Shown piece after piece: positions 8,957-17,593 of a stretch of DNA of 64,000 nucleotides. The translations under genes and the position numbers were made by a program. The stretch comes from an uncultured Actinomycetota bacterium (GTDB taxonomy: Bacteria; Actinomycetota; Actinomycetes; Jiangellales; Jiangellaceae). A model generated the notes under the pieces. The model saw only the letters and a program-made list of their open reading frames with translations, ran no database searches and was not told where the DNA came from. The stretch's first letter is position 1. The number at the start of each line of letters is the position of its first letter. The stretch spans positions 212,011 through 276,010 of the forward strand of contig CAVQGZ010000008.1 of NCBI GenBank assembly GCA_963712175.1. Direction: 5' to 3'.

Positions 8957-9781
8957 TCAGACCGACGCGCCTGGCGTGGACTCGTCAGTCGACATCAGGC
9001 TCTCCATCTGCTTGCGGACGAACAGGATCGCCTGGCGAGGAGCGATGCGAATGGCGATGTTCGCGAGCCGCGCGACACCGCCGACGTAGATGTGCAAGCG
9101 GCCCTTCTCGATGCCGGCCAGGATCACGCGGGCCGCGTCATCCGGCTCCGTCATCGGCATCCGGGAGTCCTCGCCGCCTTGGGGCGGCGCCACGCCGGCG
9201 CTGGTCGCGATGGTGGTCCGAGTCGGCCCGGGCATCACCACCGACACACCGACGCGGGTGCCCTGGAGCTCCCCGAACAGGCCCTCGGTGAGGAGCTTGA
9301 CCCCCGCCTTGCTGGCCCCGTACATCGTCTGGTTCGGGAACGGGAAGTACCCGCCCATGCTCGAGACGTTGGCGATGTGAGCCTCGGGTCGTTCCAGAAG
9401 CAGCGGTAGGAACGCTTTGACCATGTAGATCGTGCCCATGAGGTTCACGTCGAGCACGTGCCGGACGTCGGCAAGGTCGAGGTCGTTGAACGCCACGAAG
9501 GGCTGGATGATGCCGGCGTTGCTGATCAGCCCGTCGACGGCTCCGTGTACGCCGACGACATCGCCGACCAGCGCCTCGACGGCACCGTGGTCGGTGATGT
9601 CCACGACGTGGGTCGACAGCCGCGCACCGGCCTGGGCGAGCTCCGCCGTCAGCGCCAGCCCCTGCTCGTCGATGTCGGCCGCCGCGACACGTGCACCACG
9701 CCGGAGCAGCTCTCGAACGAGCTCGCGGCCTATACCCGCACCCCCGCCAGTGACGACCCATACCTTGTCGTGGGCCTGCAT
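8957..9781 (-). CDS. short-chain dehydrogenase/reductase (SDR)
   Basis: VVTGGGAGIGRE cofactor motif, NAGI, and the S...YGASK catalytic motif. Confidence 0.9.
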   Translation of the reverse strand: MQAHDKVWVVTGGGAGIGRELVRELLRRGARVAAADIDEQGLALTAELAQAGARLSTHVVDITDHGAVEALVGDVVGVHGAVDGLISNAGIIQPFVAFNDLDLADVRHVLDVNLMGTIYMVKAFLPLLLERPEAHIANVSSMGGYFPFPNQTMYGASKAGVKLLTEGLFGELQGTRVGVSVVMPGPTRTTIATSAGVAPPQGGEDSRMPMTEPDDAARVILAGIEKGRLHIYVGGVARLANIAIRIAPRQAILFVRKQMESLMSTDESTPGASV

Positions 9782-9919
9782 GCCTGCTCCCTATCGGCTG
9801 GGTGGCGCGCGGATCGACGGCGCGTCACCACGGTAGCTCCGATGACCTCGCCCCGGTCGTCGGCCTTGGCGCCCTCCTTCGGCATCCGCGGCCGGTTGGC
9901 GCGGCCGTATGGGGGTTGC

Positions 9920-10020
9920 CGTACGCGAGTCCACACATTCGCGTTGCACGGCACTTCTTGACCTGCGGTGATGCCCCGCGAGGGCACTGCGAAACGGGCG
10001 AATGTGTGGACTCGCGTACG
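9920..10020. repeat. intergenic palindromic element, copy 1 (23-bp perfect inverted repeat, 55-nt spacer)
   Basis: 9920-9942 (CGTACGCGAGTCCACACATTCGC) is the exact reverse complement of 9998-10020. The spacer contains TGACCTGCG. A homologous element lies at 23213-23326. Confidence 0.7.
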
Positions 10021-10039
10021 CGGGTGGCATCACCCGGGG

Positions 10040-10582
10040 TCAGGAGGGGCGGGTGACTCCGGAGTCGTCGCGGTAGAACGACCAGAACCTCGGGGGAGCG
10101 AAGGCATGACGCACGCAGACCTCGGGGGGGAAGACCCGACAGACTCGCCCGCTGCACCGGCTTGTGTAGGTCGAGCCACCCGCGACGCCAAGCGTCTGGT
10201 CGACCAGGAACAGCACCGGCAGATGGGTGGGTGTGCGTGCGTCGATGCGCTCGGCGTGGCAAGCCGCCTCCCACGTTCGGGGCAGGCCCCACGCAGAGTC
10301 AGCGACGGGAAGTGGTCGCCCGAACGCCTGGCGGCAGAACTCGTCGTAGGTCGGCTCGGTAGCGATGGCCTCCCAGCATCGGCGGACCGCCGTGCTGGGC
10401 AGCCCTAGGGGCCAGCGACGCGTCGGCTGGCGCACGTGAACCTCGAACCATTGCCGGACGGCGGCGTCAAGCAGGCCCTGAGGGTCTCGGTAGCTGGCTG
10501 CCTCCGCGAGGGGCCAGCCAGGCATCGTTGCCGTGCGGACGAAGGTGACCGCCGACGCTCGGTCGTACCTGGCGAAGGCCAT
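10040..10582 (-). CDS. hypothetical protein
   Basis: Internal ATG (MAFARYD...) at 10582 avoids the Arg-rich N-extension and abuts the upstream gene's end (10603). No family recognised. Confidence 0.5.
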   Translation of the reverse strand: MAFARYDRASAVTFVRTATMPGWPLAEAASYRDPQGLLDAAVRQWFEVHVRQPTRRWPLGLPSTAVRRCWEAIATEPTYDEFCRQAFGRPLPVADSAWGLPRTWEAACHAERIDARTPTHLPVLFLVDQTLGVAGGSTYTSRCSGRVCRVFPPEVCVRHAFAPPRFWSFYRDDSGVTRPS

Positions 10583-10602
10583 GTGGGCTCGACCCCGGTC
10601 CG

Positions 10603-11121
10603 TCAGCCGTCGCCGCGGGTCGGTGCGACGTGCCGTAGCCGCAGGCAGTCGGTGACGCCCACCAGCCGCAAGCTGCCGCGCGAGTCCGCGGGGAACTCGT
10701 CGATCGCCGTGCCGATCGGCACCACCACCGGGCACTCCACCTCGAACTCCCGCCCCTCATGCACGATCGTCGCTGACTCGGCGGCCAGGACGTTCTTCAG
10801 CCAGTCCGACTCCCGGCCGTACACGAGAGCGATCACGAACCCGTCGTCGGTGGGCTCGGCCCCCACCGGAGTCTCGTACGTGCGTCCCGACGTGCGGCCG
10901 GTGTGGCGGACGACGGCGGCGTAGGCCCCCGGCCGGCCCGCGGTCTGCATCTGGGTGGGGTTGAAGACCGCCTTGTTCACCCGTCGCTGAGCGCGCACGA
11001 CGAACGACCCCTTGTTGCGCATCCCGAACAGCCACCCGGCGGCGAGCGTGAGCGCAACGACGAGCAGGGTGAATGCCAGCTTGGCCGCTCTCGTCAGCAC
11101 CCTCCACCTCCTCGCCGCCAC
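10603..11121 (-). CDS. nitroreductase-family deazaflavin (F420H2)-dependent oxidoreductase (DDN-like)
   Basis: N-terminal TM helix, then VVRHTGRTSGRTYETPV...VIALVYG...DWLKNV, typical of the DDN family. Confidence 0.8.
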   Translation of the reverse strand: MAARRWRVLTRAAKLAFTLLVVALTLAAGWLFGMRNKGSFVVRAQRRVNKAVFNPTQMQTAGRPGAYAAVVRHTGRTSGRTYETPVGAEPTDDGFVIALVYGRESDWLKNVLAAESATIVHEGREFEVECPVVVPIGTAIDEFPADSRGSLRLVGVTDCLRLRHVAPTRGDG

Positions 11122-11190
11122 CAGTCTGACCCGTGGGAGCCGACCCGTCCAGGCACCCGGCGTCGCCGGATCGCGGGTACCGTGGTGGGA

Positions 11191-11868
11191 GTGAGCACTG
11201 CAGAACGGCTCGCCGGCCTAGCCGCCTTCGACCGACCGAGGATGCGCGGGCTGCTGCACGCCTATGCCGCACCGGTCGCAGCTGTGATCGGTTTGTCAGC
11301 ACTCGTGCTCGCCGACACCGTGAGGGCCCGTGCCGGCGTCGCGGTCTGGGTCGCCACGATGGTGGCGCTCTTCGCGGTGAGCGCCACCTACCACCGGGGG
11401 CACTGGCGGCCCACGGCTCGGGTGTGGCTGCAGCGGGTGGACCACTCGATGATCTTCGTGTTCATCGCGGGCTCCTACACGCCGTTGTGCCTGCTGCTGC
11501 TCGAGGGCTCCAAGTCCTGGCTCGTTCTGGCTGTCACGTGGGGCGGAGCCGCAGTGGGTGTCGTCACTCGGCTGACCTGGCACACGGCCCCTCGTTGGCT
11601 GTTCGTCCCCATGTACCTCGCCTTGGGCTGGGTGGCGCTGACGATGCTGCCCGACCTGGCGCGAACGGCGGTCCCCTACGAGAACGCGCTGATCGTGGCC
11701 GGTGGCCTGCTCTACACGGTGGGTGCGGTCGTCTTCGCGACCAAGCGACCCGACCCCGCGCCGCGCACCTTCGGCTACCACGAGGTATTCCACGCGTTGA
11801 CCATCGCTGCGGCAGCGTGTCACGCCGTGGCCATCATGTCGGTCGCTCTGGGGCACCCCGCGCTCTGA
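11191..11868 (+). CDS. hemolysin III / PAQR-family channel protein
   Basis: GTG at 11191. 7-TM pattern with LLHAYA..., SATYH, DHSMIF..AGSYTP, HEVFHALT. Confidence 0.85.
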   Translation: MSTAERLAGLAAFDRPRMRGLLHAYAAPVAAVIGLSALVLADTVRARAGVAVWVATMVALFAVSATYHRGHWRPTARVWLQRVDHSMIFVFIAGSYTPLCLLLLEGSKSWLVLAVTWGGAAVGVVTRLTWHTAPRWLFVPMYLALGWVALTMLPDLARTAVPYENALIVAGGLLYTVGAVVFATKRPDPAPRTFGYHEVFHALTIAAAACHAVAIMSVALGHPAL

Positions 11869-12224
11869 TGCTCGCCCACATCCTCGAGCGAGATGGGACG
11901 ACATGCGTCTGGTGCCGCCGAGAGATCGGGACCGGCCTCGTCGAGGCGACCGTCGAGCACGTCGTTCCCCGCATCAAGGGCGGGCCGACCTGGCCGGAGA
12001 ACCTGGTGGGTGCCTGTTCGCGCTGCAACCGCGCTCGGGGCCATCGGACGCCGGCCGACTGGCTTGCGGAGTGCCGCGGCCGAGGTTGGGAGCCCGACGA
12101 GTCGCGCATCGTGGCCTCGCTCGAGGCGTTGGCCGGCGCCATCTCGCGACGCGGTGGCCAACGCCGTGCTCGCCCTTACCTGGCCGCTCAGCGCCGACGT
12201 CTTCAACCGGCCGGCGCGGGCTGA
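11868..12224 (+). CDS. small HNH endonuclease
   Basis: ATG at 11868 overlaps the hlyIII stop (TGATG). CVWC...EHVVPRIKGGP...NLVGACSRCNRARGH is an HNH/zinc motif. Confidence 0.8.
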   Translation: MLAHILERDGTTCVWCRREIGTGLVEATVEHVVPRIKGGPTWPENLVGACSRCNRARGHRTPADWLAECRGRGWEPDESRIVASLEALAGAISRRGGQRRARPYLAAQRRRLQPAGAG

Positions 12225-12231
12225 GGACGCC

Positions 12232-12987
12232 GTGCCCGACGTCACCTGCCCCTCCTGCGCCGAGCCCGACCGCCTCACCGGAACGTCGAGCTCGGACGGC
12301 ATCGAGATCACCTGCCATGCGTGTGGTCACCGGTGGCTCCGCGGCGAGCGGCGTTGCCGCGCCTGCGGAGCGGCCGAGGCGGTTGTGGCCCGCCAGCGCA
12401 TGACGACCCACCCGCGCGGCAACCAGCTGGCCGTGCTCGGGATCCGCGAGGTGCTGCTCTGCCCGGAGTGCGACCGCGAGGTGGTCGCTGGGCTAGGTAC
12501 CGACCGCATGGCCCCCGAGGGCTACGTCCCGCGGTTCAGCCGGGGCGCGCCCGACGACCAGCCCACGACATCGCCGCGTTCGGCCCACGAACCCTCGTCG
12601 AGCCCCACCAGGGTCGTCGCACGTGCCCCCTCCGCCGCGAGCAGCGCGGAGCAGGCGAACGCCGATCCCGTCCGTCCCGGCGCCCTGCCGGTTCCCTCAC
12701 CAACGGTCCGCACCGCTGTCGCGTCGTACCTGCAGACGACGAGCGACCCCTCGGCTGCAGCAGCGATGCTCCTGCTCGGGCCGAGCCTGGGGATCGCGAC
12801 TCGGCTCGACCGGCTCGACGCGAGCCGTGCGGGTCGGGAACTCACGGCTGCCCTCGACCGCTCCTGTGGCGAGGGCCCCGGCCAACGCCGGCTGGCCCTC
12901 GTCTACGCCATCAGGGATGCCCTGGCAGCCTGGGTGTCTCGGGGATGGCTGCCCCATGAGACCGTCCAGGCGATCGAGTTCCGCTGA
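12232..12987 (+). CDS. double zinc-ribbon protein, hypothetical
   Basis: GTG at 12232, 8 nt after the HNH stop. CPSC-x17-CHAC and CRAC-x31-CPEC pairs, a Pro/Ser linker and an alpha-helical C-terminal domain. Confidence 0.55.
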   Translation: MPDVTCPSCAEPDRLTGTSSSDGIEITCHACGHRWLRGERRCRACGAAEAVVARQRMTTHPRGNQLAVLGIREVLLCPECDREVVAGLGTDRMAPEGYVPRFSRGAPDDQPTTSPRSAHEPSSSPTRVVARAPSAASSAEQANADPVRPGALPVPSPTVRTAVASYLQTTSDPSAAAAMLLLGPSLGIATRLDRLDASRAGRELTAALDRSCGEGPGQRRLALVYAIRDALAAWVSRGWLPHETVQAIEFR

Positions 12988-13047
12988 GAGGCTCGGCGCC
13001 GTCGACGAGCGGCCGACGCGACGACGGGCGCTTGCCGATGGGAGACA

Positions 13048-13662
13048 ATGAGTGACGCGCACAGACAACCGAGGACGATGATGGACGACGACGACCAGGC
13101 CCCAGACCCGATGGCGGCGCAGCCCGCAGGTCGCTACCCGGGGCACGGCGACCCGCTGGAGTGGGAACGCCTCGTCCACGCGTTGGGCGTGCGCTTCGCC
13201 CCGCATCTCGAGGCTGCGGCTGGCGCCGTCCGGGAGGCCGAGGACGAGCTCAGCGCCGCCCGCGACAACCTCGCGCGGGCCCGCAAGGCCGAGGAGGACC
13301 AGCGCTACCAGTCAGACCGGTTGGTGTTCATGCGGGCCTCGCTGGCCGACGAGGTGGAGGCGCTGGGGCGCAAGTCGACGCCGAAGAAGCTGCGCGTCGC
13401 CTACCGCTACCTGGTCTCACGCGCCGCCGAGCTCGCCCAGGGCGAGGTGCAGGGCTACCTCGCCGACCAGGCCGCGCAACGACGTCACCGCGAGGAGAGC
13501 GTTGCCGCATGCATGGAGGCCGAGCGGCGCGCCTCGGACCGACTCGACGCCGCCGCTGCCATGCAGCAGCGCGTCCTCGCCGCTGAGAGGACGGCGCTGC
13601 AGGGCCTTGCCGTCCTCAGTGAGAAGCTCGCTGGCCAGGGCGAGTCGCTGGCCTCAGTCTGA
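13048..13662 (+). CDS. hypothetical coiled-coil protein
   Basis: 204-aa ORF with an acidic N-terminus and Ala/Glu/Arg-rich helices. No family recognised. Confidence 0.55.
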   Translation: MSDAHRQPRTMMDDDDQAPDPMAAQPAGRYPGHGDPLEWERLVHALGVRFAPHLEAAAGAVREAEDELSAARDNLARARKAEEDQRYQSDRLVFMRASLADEVEALGRKSTPKKLRVAYRYLVSRAAELAQGEVQGYLADQAAQRRHREESVAACMEAERRASDRLDAAAAMQQRVLAAERTALQGLAVLSEKLAGQGESLASV

Positions 13663-14349
13663 CGCCCTCGACGAGGGCGGGGCGGGTTGGGCCCACGGCC
13701 GCACGAGAGCCGTCGACAGCAGCAGGATCGTCGAGGCCAGCGCCCAGCCGGCCAGCACGTCCGTGCTCCAGTGCACACCGAGGATGATGCGCGAGACGCC
13801 GATCAGGATTCCGACGGCGAACAGCGCGCGACCGGCCCAGAGCAGCCCTCGCAGCTGCCGCCGCGAGGCCACGATGACGAGCAGGACGGCGAGTGCGGCG
13901 TAGACGTAGACACCCACCGACGCGTGGCCGGAGGGGAACGAGCGGTCGAGGCCGTGGCTGATGAACTCGTCGGCCCCAGGGGGTCGCATCCGCCCCACTG
14001 TTCTCTTCAGCATCTCCACGACGGCGACGCCGACTAGCCCACTGCAGGCCACGAGCAGGGCGAACGCCCAGTGCCGGCGCAGCGCCATCCACACTGTCGC
14101 CACGACCCCGAGCACGGCCGAGGGCACGACATCCGTGACGTCGCCGAGCACCGCGGCGGAGTCGACGACCCACGGAACCCGCGAGGTCCAGTCGGTCGTC
14201 ACGTCGAAGACCCAGGTGTCCAGGGCGGTCGGCGCCGCTCCACCCGGGACGACGACCAGAACCGTCGCCAGGGCGAGCAGGCCGGCGATACCGGCGCCAC
14301 CGAGCAGCCCGCGGCTGGGTGAGCGGGGATGGTCCGGAGCCCGCGCCAC
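13654..14349 (-). CDS. PAP2-family phosphatase
   Basis: The three PAP2 motifs: KRTVGRMRP, SFPSGHAS, SRIILGVHWSTDV. Multiple TM helices. Confidence 0.85.
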   Translation of the reverse strand: MARAPDHPRSPSRGLLGGAGIAGLLALATVLVVVPGGAAPTALDTWVFDVTTDWTSRVPWVVDSAAVLGDVTDVVPSAVLGVVATVWMALRRHWAFALLVACSGLVGVAVVEMLKRTVGRMRPPGADEFISHGLDRSFPSGHASVGVYVYAALAVLLVIVASRRQLRGLLWAGRALFAVGILIGVSRIILGVHWSTDVLAGWALASTILLLSTALVRPWAQPAPPSSRASD

Positions 14350-14366
14350 CCCCGTCCGGTCTTCGT

Positions 14367-16217
14367 CTACGAGCTCAGCTCGTGTTCGTCGTCCAGGGCG
14401 GCTGCGACGCGGTGGTGGGCCTCCCAGATCTCCTCCGGCAGCCCCGCGAACTGGTGCAGGTGAACACCGCGGTGCTCCATCTCCTGCCGCCAGCGGGGGA
14501 CGTCGATCGTCAGGATCGTCTCCAGATCCTTCGGCGAGATCTCGAGGCCCTCGAGGTTGAGCTCGTCCTCGGTCGGGATGATGCCGACCGGGGTCGCACG
14601 ACCACTGACCTCACCGTTCTTGAGCTGCATCAGCCAGAGCAGCGGACGCAGGTTCTCCCGGTAGCCGGGCCACAAGAAGTGCCCGTCCTCGGGGTCACGC
14701 TGGAACCAGTTCACGTGGGCGAACAGCGGCTGGTCGGTGGCGGCACCGACGATGTTCAGCCAGTGCCGGGCGTACTCGCCCTCGGGGTAGGACATGAACG
14801 GCCGCATCGACATCGGGTCGTAGCGCAGCTCGCCTTCCTTGCCCTCGGCTGCGAACGTCGCCTCGGCGCCGAGCGTCAGGCCGTCGTACACACCCTCGGC
14901 CAGGTCGGTGATCGCCCTGATCAGGGGCTCACGGTCGCGGGTGCGTCCGCCGAAGATGATGGCGTCGATGGGGACACCCTTCGGGTCGTCGAAGTCCGCG
15001 GCGACGTTCGGCACGTTGGCCAGCGTCGTGGTGAAGCGGCTGTTCGGGTGGGCCCACGCGTCCGTGCTGCCCTCGGGGCGGTCGGCGATCAGCTCGCCCT
15101 TCCAGTCCCGCCACCCCGTGACGTCGGTGGGGGGCTGCGCGGTCTTGCCCTCCCACCAGACCTCGTGGGTGATCTCGTTGTAGGCGATGTTGGTGAACAG
15201 GGCTCCCGTGCCCGGGTTGATCGAGTGCAGGGCGGTCGGGTTGGTGGCTTCGTTGGTGTCCTTCGCGACGCCGAAGACCCCGTACTCGGGGTTCATGCCG
15301 TAGAGCTTGCCGTCCTCCGGGCTCACCCACAGCCAGGCGATGTCGTCTCCGTAGAACGACACGTGGTACCGCTCGCCGAGGGCGTCCGGGGCGAGCATCA
15401 TGGCGAGGTTGGTCTTGCCCGACGCGCTCGGGAAGCCGCCGCAGATGTGGTACGTCTTGCCGGTCTCCTTGTCCTCGATGCCGATCAGCAAGAACTGCTC
15501 GACCAGGAACTTCTTGGACGCCCAGCCGTCGTAGGAGGCCTGCCGCAGCCCATGAGCGATCTTGCCGAGCAGGGCGTTGCCGCCGTAGGACGAGCCGTAG
15601 TGAAGGATCGTCCGCTCGTCGGCGACGGTGACGAAGTAGCGCTGGTCCTCCGGCGTGCCCTGACCGAGGTTCTCCAGGTCCCCGGTGACGTGCACCGCGC
15701 GGACGAAGTGGTCGGGGTGGGGGAGCTCGTTGAGGTACTTCACGCCGACACGGGCCATCCGGATCATGTGCAGCACCACCGTGCGGTGGTCGGTGAGCTC
15801 GACCCCGGCGGACCAGTGGGTCAGCGGCGACCCGGGAGGGGCCATCAGGTAGGGGATGACGTACATGGTCTTGCCGGCCGAGGCGCCCTTCATCCGCTCC
15901 TCGAGCATCGGGCGCATCTCCGACGCCGGCCGCCAGTTGTTGTAGACGCCCTTGTCCTCGGGGTTGTTGGTGGCCACCACGGTGCGCTCCTCCGAGCGGG
16001 CGGTGTCCTTGTAGTAGCTGCGCGAGTAGTACAGCCCCTCACCGGCCGGCAGGATCTCGCCGGCGTCCAGGGACTCCTGGATCAGGCGCGCGTCGTCAGA
16101 GGCATCGACGACCTCGACCCTTTCCGCGCCCGTGACGTCCGCCCAGTAGCGCACGTACTCACGGACCGACTCGTTCGTGAGGCCAGCCTCATCCAGAGCC
16201 TTCTCAACATCAGCCAT
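14367..16217 (-). CDS. pckG: phosphoenolpyruvate carboxykinase (GTP)
   Basis: 616 aa from ATG 16217 (MADVEKALDEAGL...). Highly characteristic GTP-PEPCK sequence (GSSYGGNALLGK, FPSASGKTNLAM, WEGK..., FGGRT). The tracked N-extension to 16490 looks non-coding. Confidence 0.95.
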   Translation of the reverse strand: MADVEKALDEAGLTNESVREYVRYWADVTGAERVEVVDASDDARLIQESLDAGEILPAGEGLYYSRSYYKDTARSEERTVVATNNPEDKGVYNNWRPASEMRPMLEERMKGASAGKTMYVIPYLMAPPGSPLTHWSAGVELTDHRTVVLHMIRMARVGVKYLNELPHPDHFVRAVHVTGDLENLGQGTPEDQRYFVTVADERTILHYGSSYGGNALLGKIAHGLRQASYDGWASKKFLVEQFLLIGIEDKETGKTYHICGGFPSASGKTNLAMMLAPDALGERYHVSFYGDDIAWLWVSPEDGKLYGMNPEYGVFGVAKDTNEATNPTALHSINPGTGALFTNIAYNEITHEVWWEGKTAQPPTDVTGWRDWKGELIADRPEGSTDAWAHPNSRFTTTLANVPNVAADFDDPKGVPIDAIIFGGRTRDREPLIRAITDLAEGVYDGLTLGAEATFAAEGKEGELRYDPMSMRPFMSYPEGEYARHWLNIVGAATDQPLFAHVNWFQRDPEDGHFLWPGYRENLRPLLWLMQLKNGEVSGRATPVGIIPTEDELNLEGLEISPKDLETILTIDVPRWRQEMEHRGVHLHQFAGLPEEIWEAHHRVAAALDDEHELSS

Positions 16218-16522
16218 GGTGCTCCAACACCCTTCCCACCATCGGGCAGCGAGGACGCCGCCACCGTACCTGCCGAGGTTCACGCCGATTCCTGCCCCTC
16301 GGAGGGCCGGTGGGCTCTCGCAAGCAGCGGGGCACAGCAGTGTGACTGACTCGGTCCGGACGGCGTCCGCCCTGGTCAGCGCACAGGGCACAGGCAATCG
16401 TCTCCGCTTGTGACCTGCCACGGTCGACAGGCCCTTGACCCCTTGCCGAAGGACCCTCGCACATGCCGTGTGCCGTCCCTCACATCGCACGCACCAGCGG
16501 GTCGGTGCGCACGCGAGCCCCG

Positions 16523-17593
16523 TCAGCGGCGGCGCTGGGCCGGGTCACGCACCTCGCCGATGATGGTCTCCAGGGCGTCCTCGAGGGTGACGACACCGAT
16601 CGTGGCCCCGGCCTCGTCGACAACGCTCGCCAGGTGGGACGCATCGGCGCGCATCCGCTGGACGACGCCGGACAACGCCAGGTCGGGCGCGATCTGCGTG
16701 AGCGGGTGCAGCGGAAGGTCCCCGACCAGGCCCGCCTGCAGCCACACGCCGGTGGAGACCGGGTTGTCCGACGCGAGGGCGTCGTGGATGTGGACGTAGC
16801 GGCGCAGGGCGCCGTCGGCGTCGCGCACCGGGAACCTCGAGAAGCCGGACCGGACGAGTGCGTCGTAGAGGGCCGCTGTGCTCTGGTCCGCCTCGACCGT
16901 GACGAGCGCGTCGGACGGCACCAAGATGTCGCGAGCGACGGCCGTCGAGGAGTGCAGTGCGCGCTCGAGGATGGTCGTCTCCTGCTGGTCCAGCAGGCCC
17001 TCGCGGGACGACTCGCCGATCATCGTGGCCACCTCGTCGCGGGTGAACGTCGAGGTCACCTCGTCCTTGGGCTGCACGCGGAGCAACCGCAGGACGAGGT
17101 TGGCGATCGCGTTGACGACGGCGATGACGGGGCGCAGCACCGTGACGATGCCCGCCAGGGGCGGGCCGAGCAGAAGGGCCGAACGCTCGGGTCCGGCGAG
17201 CGCGATGTTCTTGGGGACCATCTCGCCGAGCACCATGTGCAGGTAGACGACCAGGGACAGGGCCAGCGTGAACGCGATCGGGTGGACGAGACCGGTGGGT
17301 AGCCCGAGCGACTCCAGCACGGGCTCGATCAGGTGGGCGATCGCCGGCTCCGCGGTGGCCCCGAGCCCCAGCGAGCAGACCGTGATGCCGAGCTGGGCGC
17401 CGGCCATCATCTGCGAGACGTCCTCCATCGCCCGGACGGTGATGCGCGCGCGGCGGTCACCGGCGTCAGCCAGTGGCTCGATCTGGCTGCGACGGGCGGA
17501 GATGAGGGCGAACTCCGCGCCCACGAAGAAGGCGTTGCCGATCAGGAGCACCACGGCGAGCACGAGAGCGGTCGTGTCACTCATGGGCGTCAT
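16523..17593 (-). CDS. CNNM/DUF21 + CBS-pair membrane protein (no CorC_HlyC tail)
   Basis: Start at ATG 17593 or 17584, overlapping the upstream gene's end. DUF21 TM region (GNAFFVGAEFALISAR, GEMVPKN) followed by two CBS domains. Confidence 0.85.
   Translation of the reverse strand: MTPMSDTTALVLAVVLLIGNAFFVGAEFALISARRSQIEPLADAGDRRARITVRAMEDVSQMMAGAQLGITVCSLGLGATAEPAIAHLIEPVLESLGLPTGLVHPIAFTLALSLVVYLHMVLGEMVPKNIALAGPERSALLLGPPLAGIVTVLRPVIAVVNAIANLVLRLLRVQPKDEVTSTFTRDEVATMIGESSREGLLDQQETTILERALHSSTAVARDILVPSDALVTVEADQSTAALYDALVRSGFSRFPVRDADGALRRYVHIHDALASDNPVSTGVWLQAGLVGDLPLHPLTQIAPDLALSGVVQRMRADASHLASVVDEAGATIGVVTLEDALETIIGEVRDPAQRRR

Noticed and set aside
9775-9781. An additional CCTGCAT heptamer at the SDR start codon, as a possible extra binding site for the sulfur-operon regulator.
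   Set aside because: It is a single isolated copy that simply encodes Met-Gln (ATGCAGG). Only the clustered array at 23084-23147 is statistically suggestive.
14319-16349. Long ORFs antisense to, or out of frame with, real genes: e.g. 14319..16349 (+) opposite pckG, 885..1763 (-), 21273..22631 (+), 26224..27342 (-), 43526..44758 (-), 61047..62039 (-).
   Set aside because: Arg/Pro/Gly/Ala-rich translations with no motifs. These are typical shadow ORFs of high-GC DNA, and each overlaps a gene with strong family signatures on the other strand or frame.
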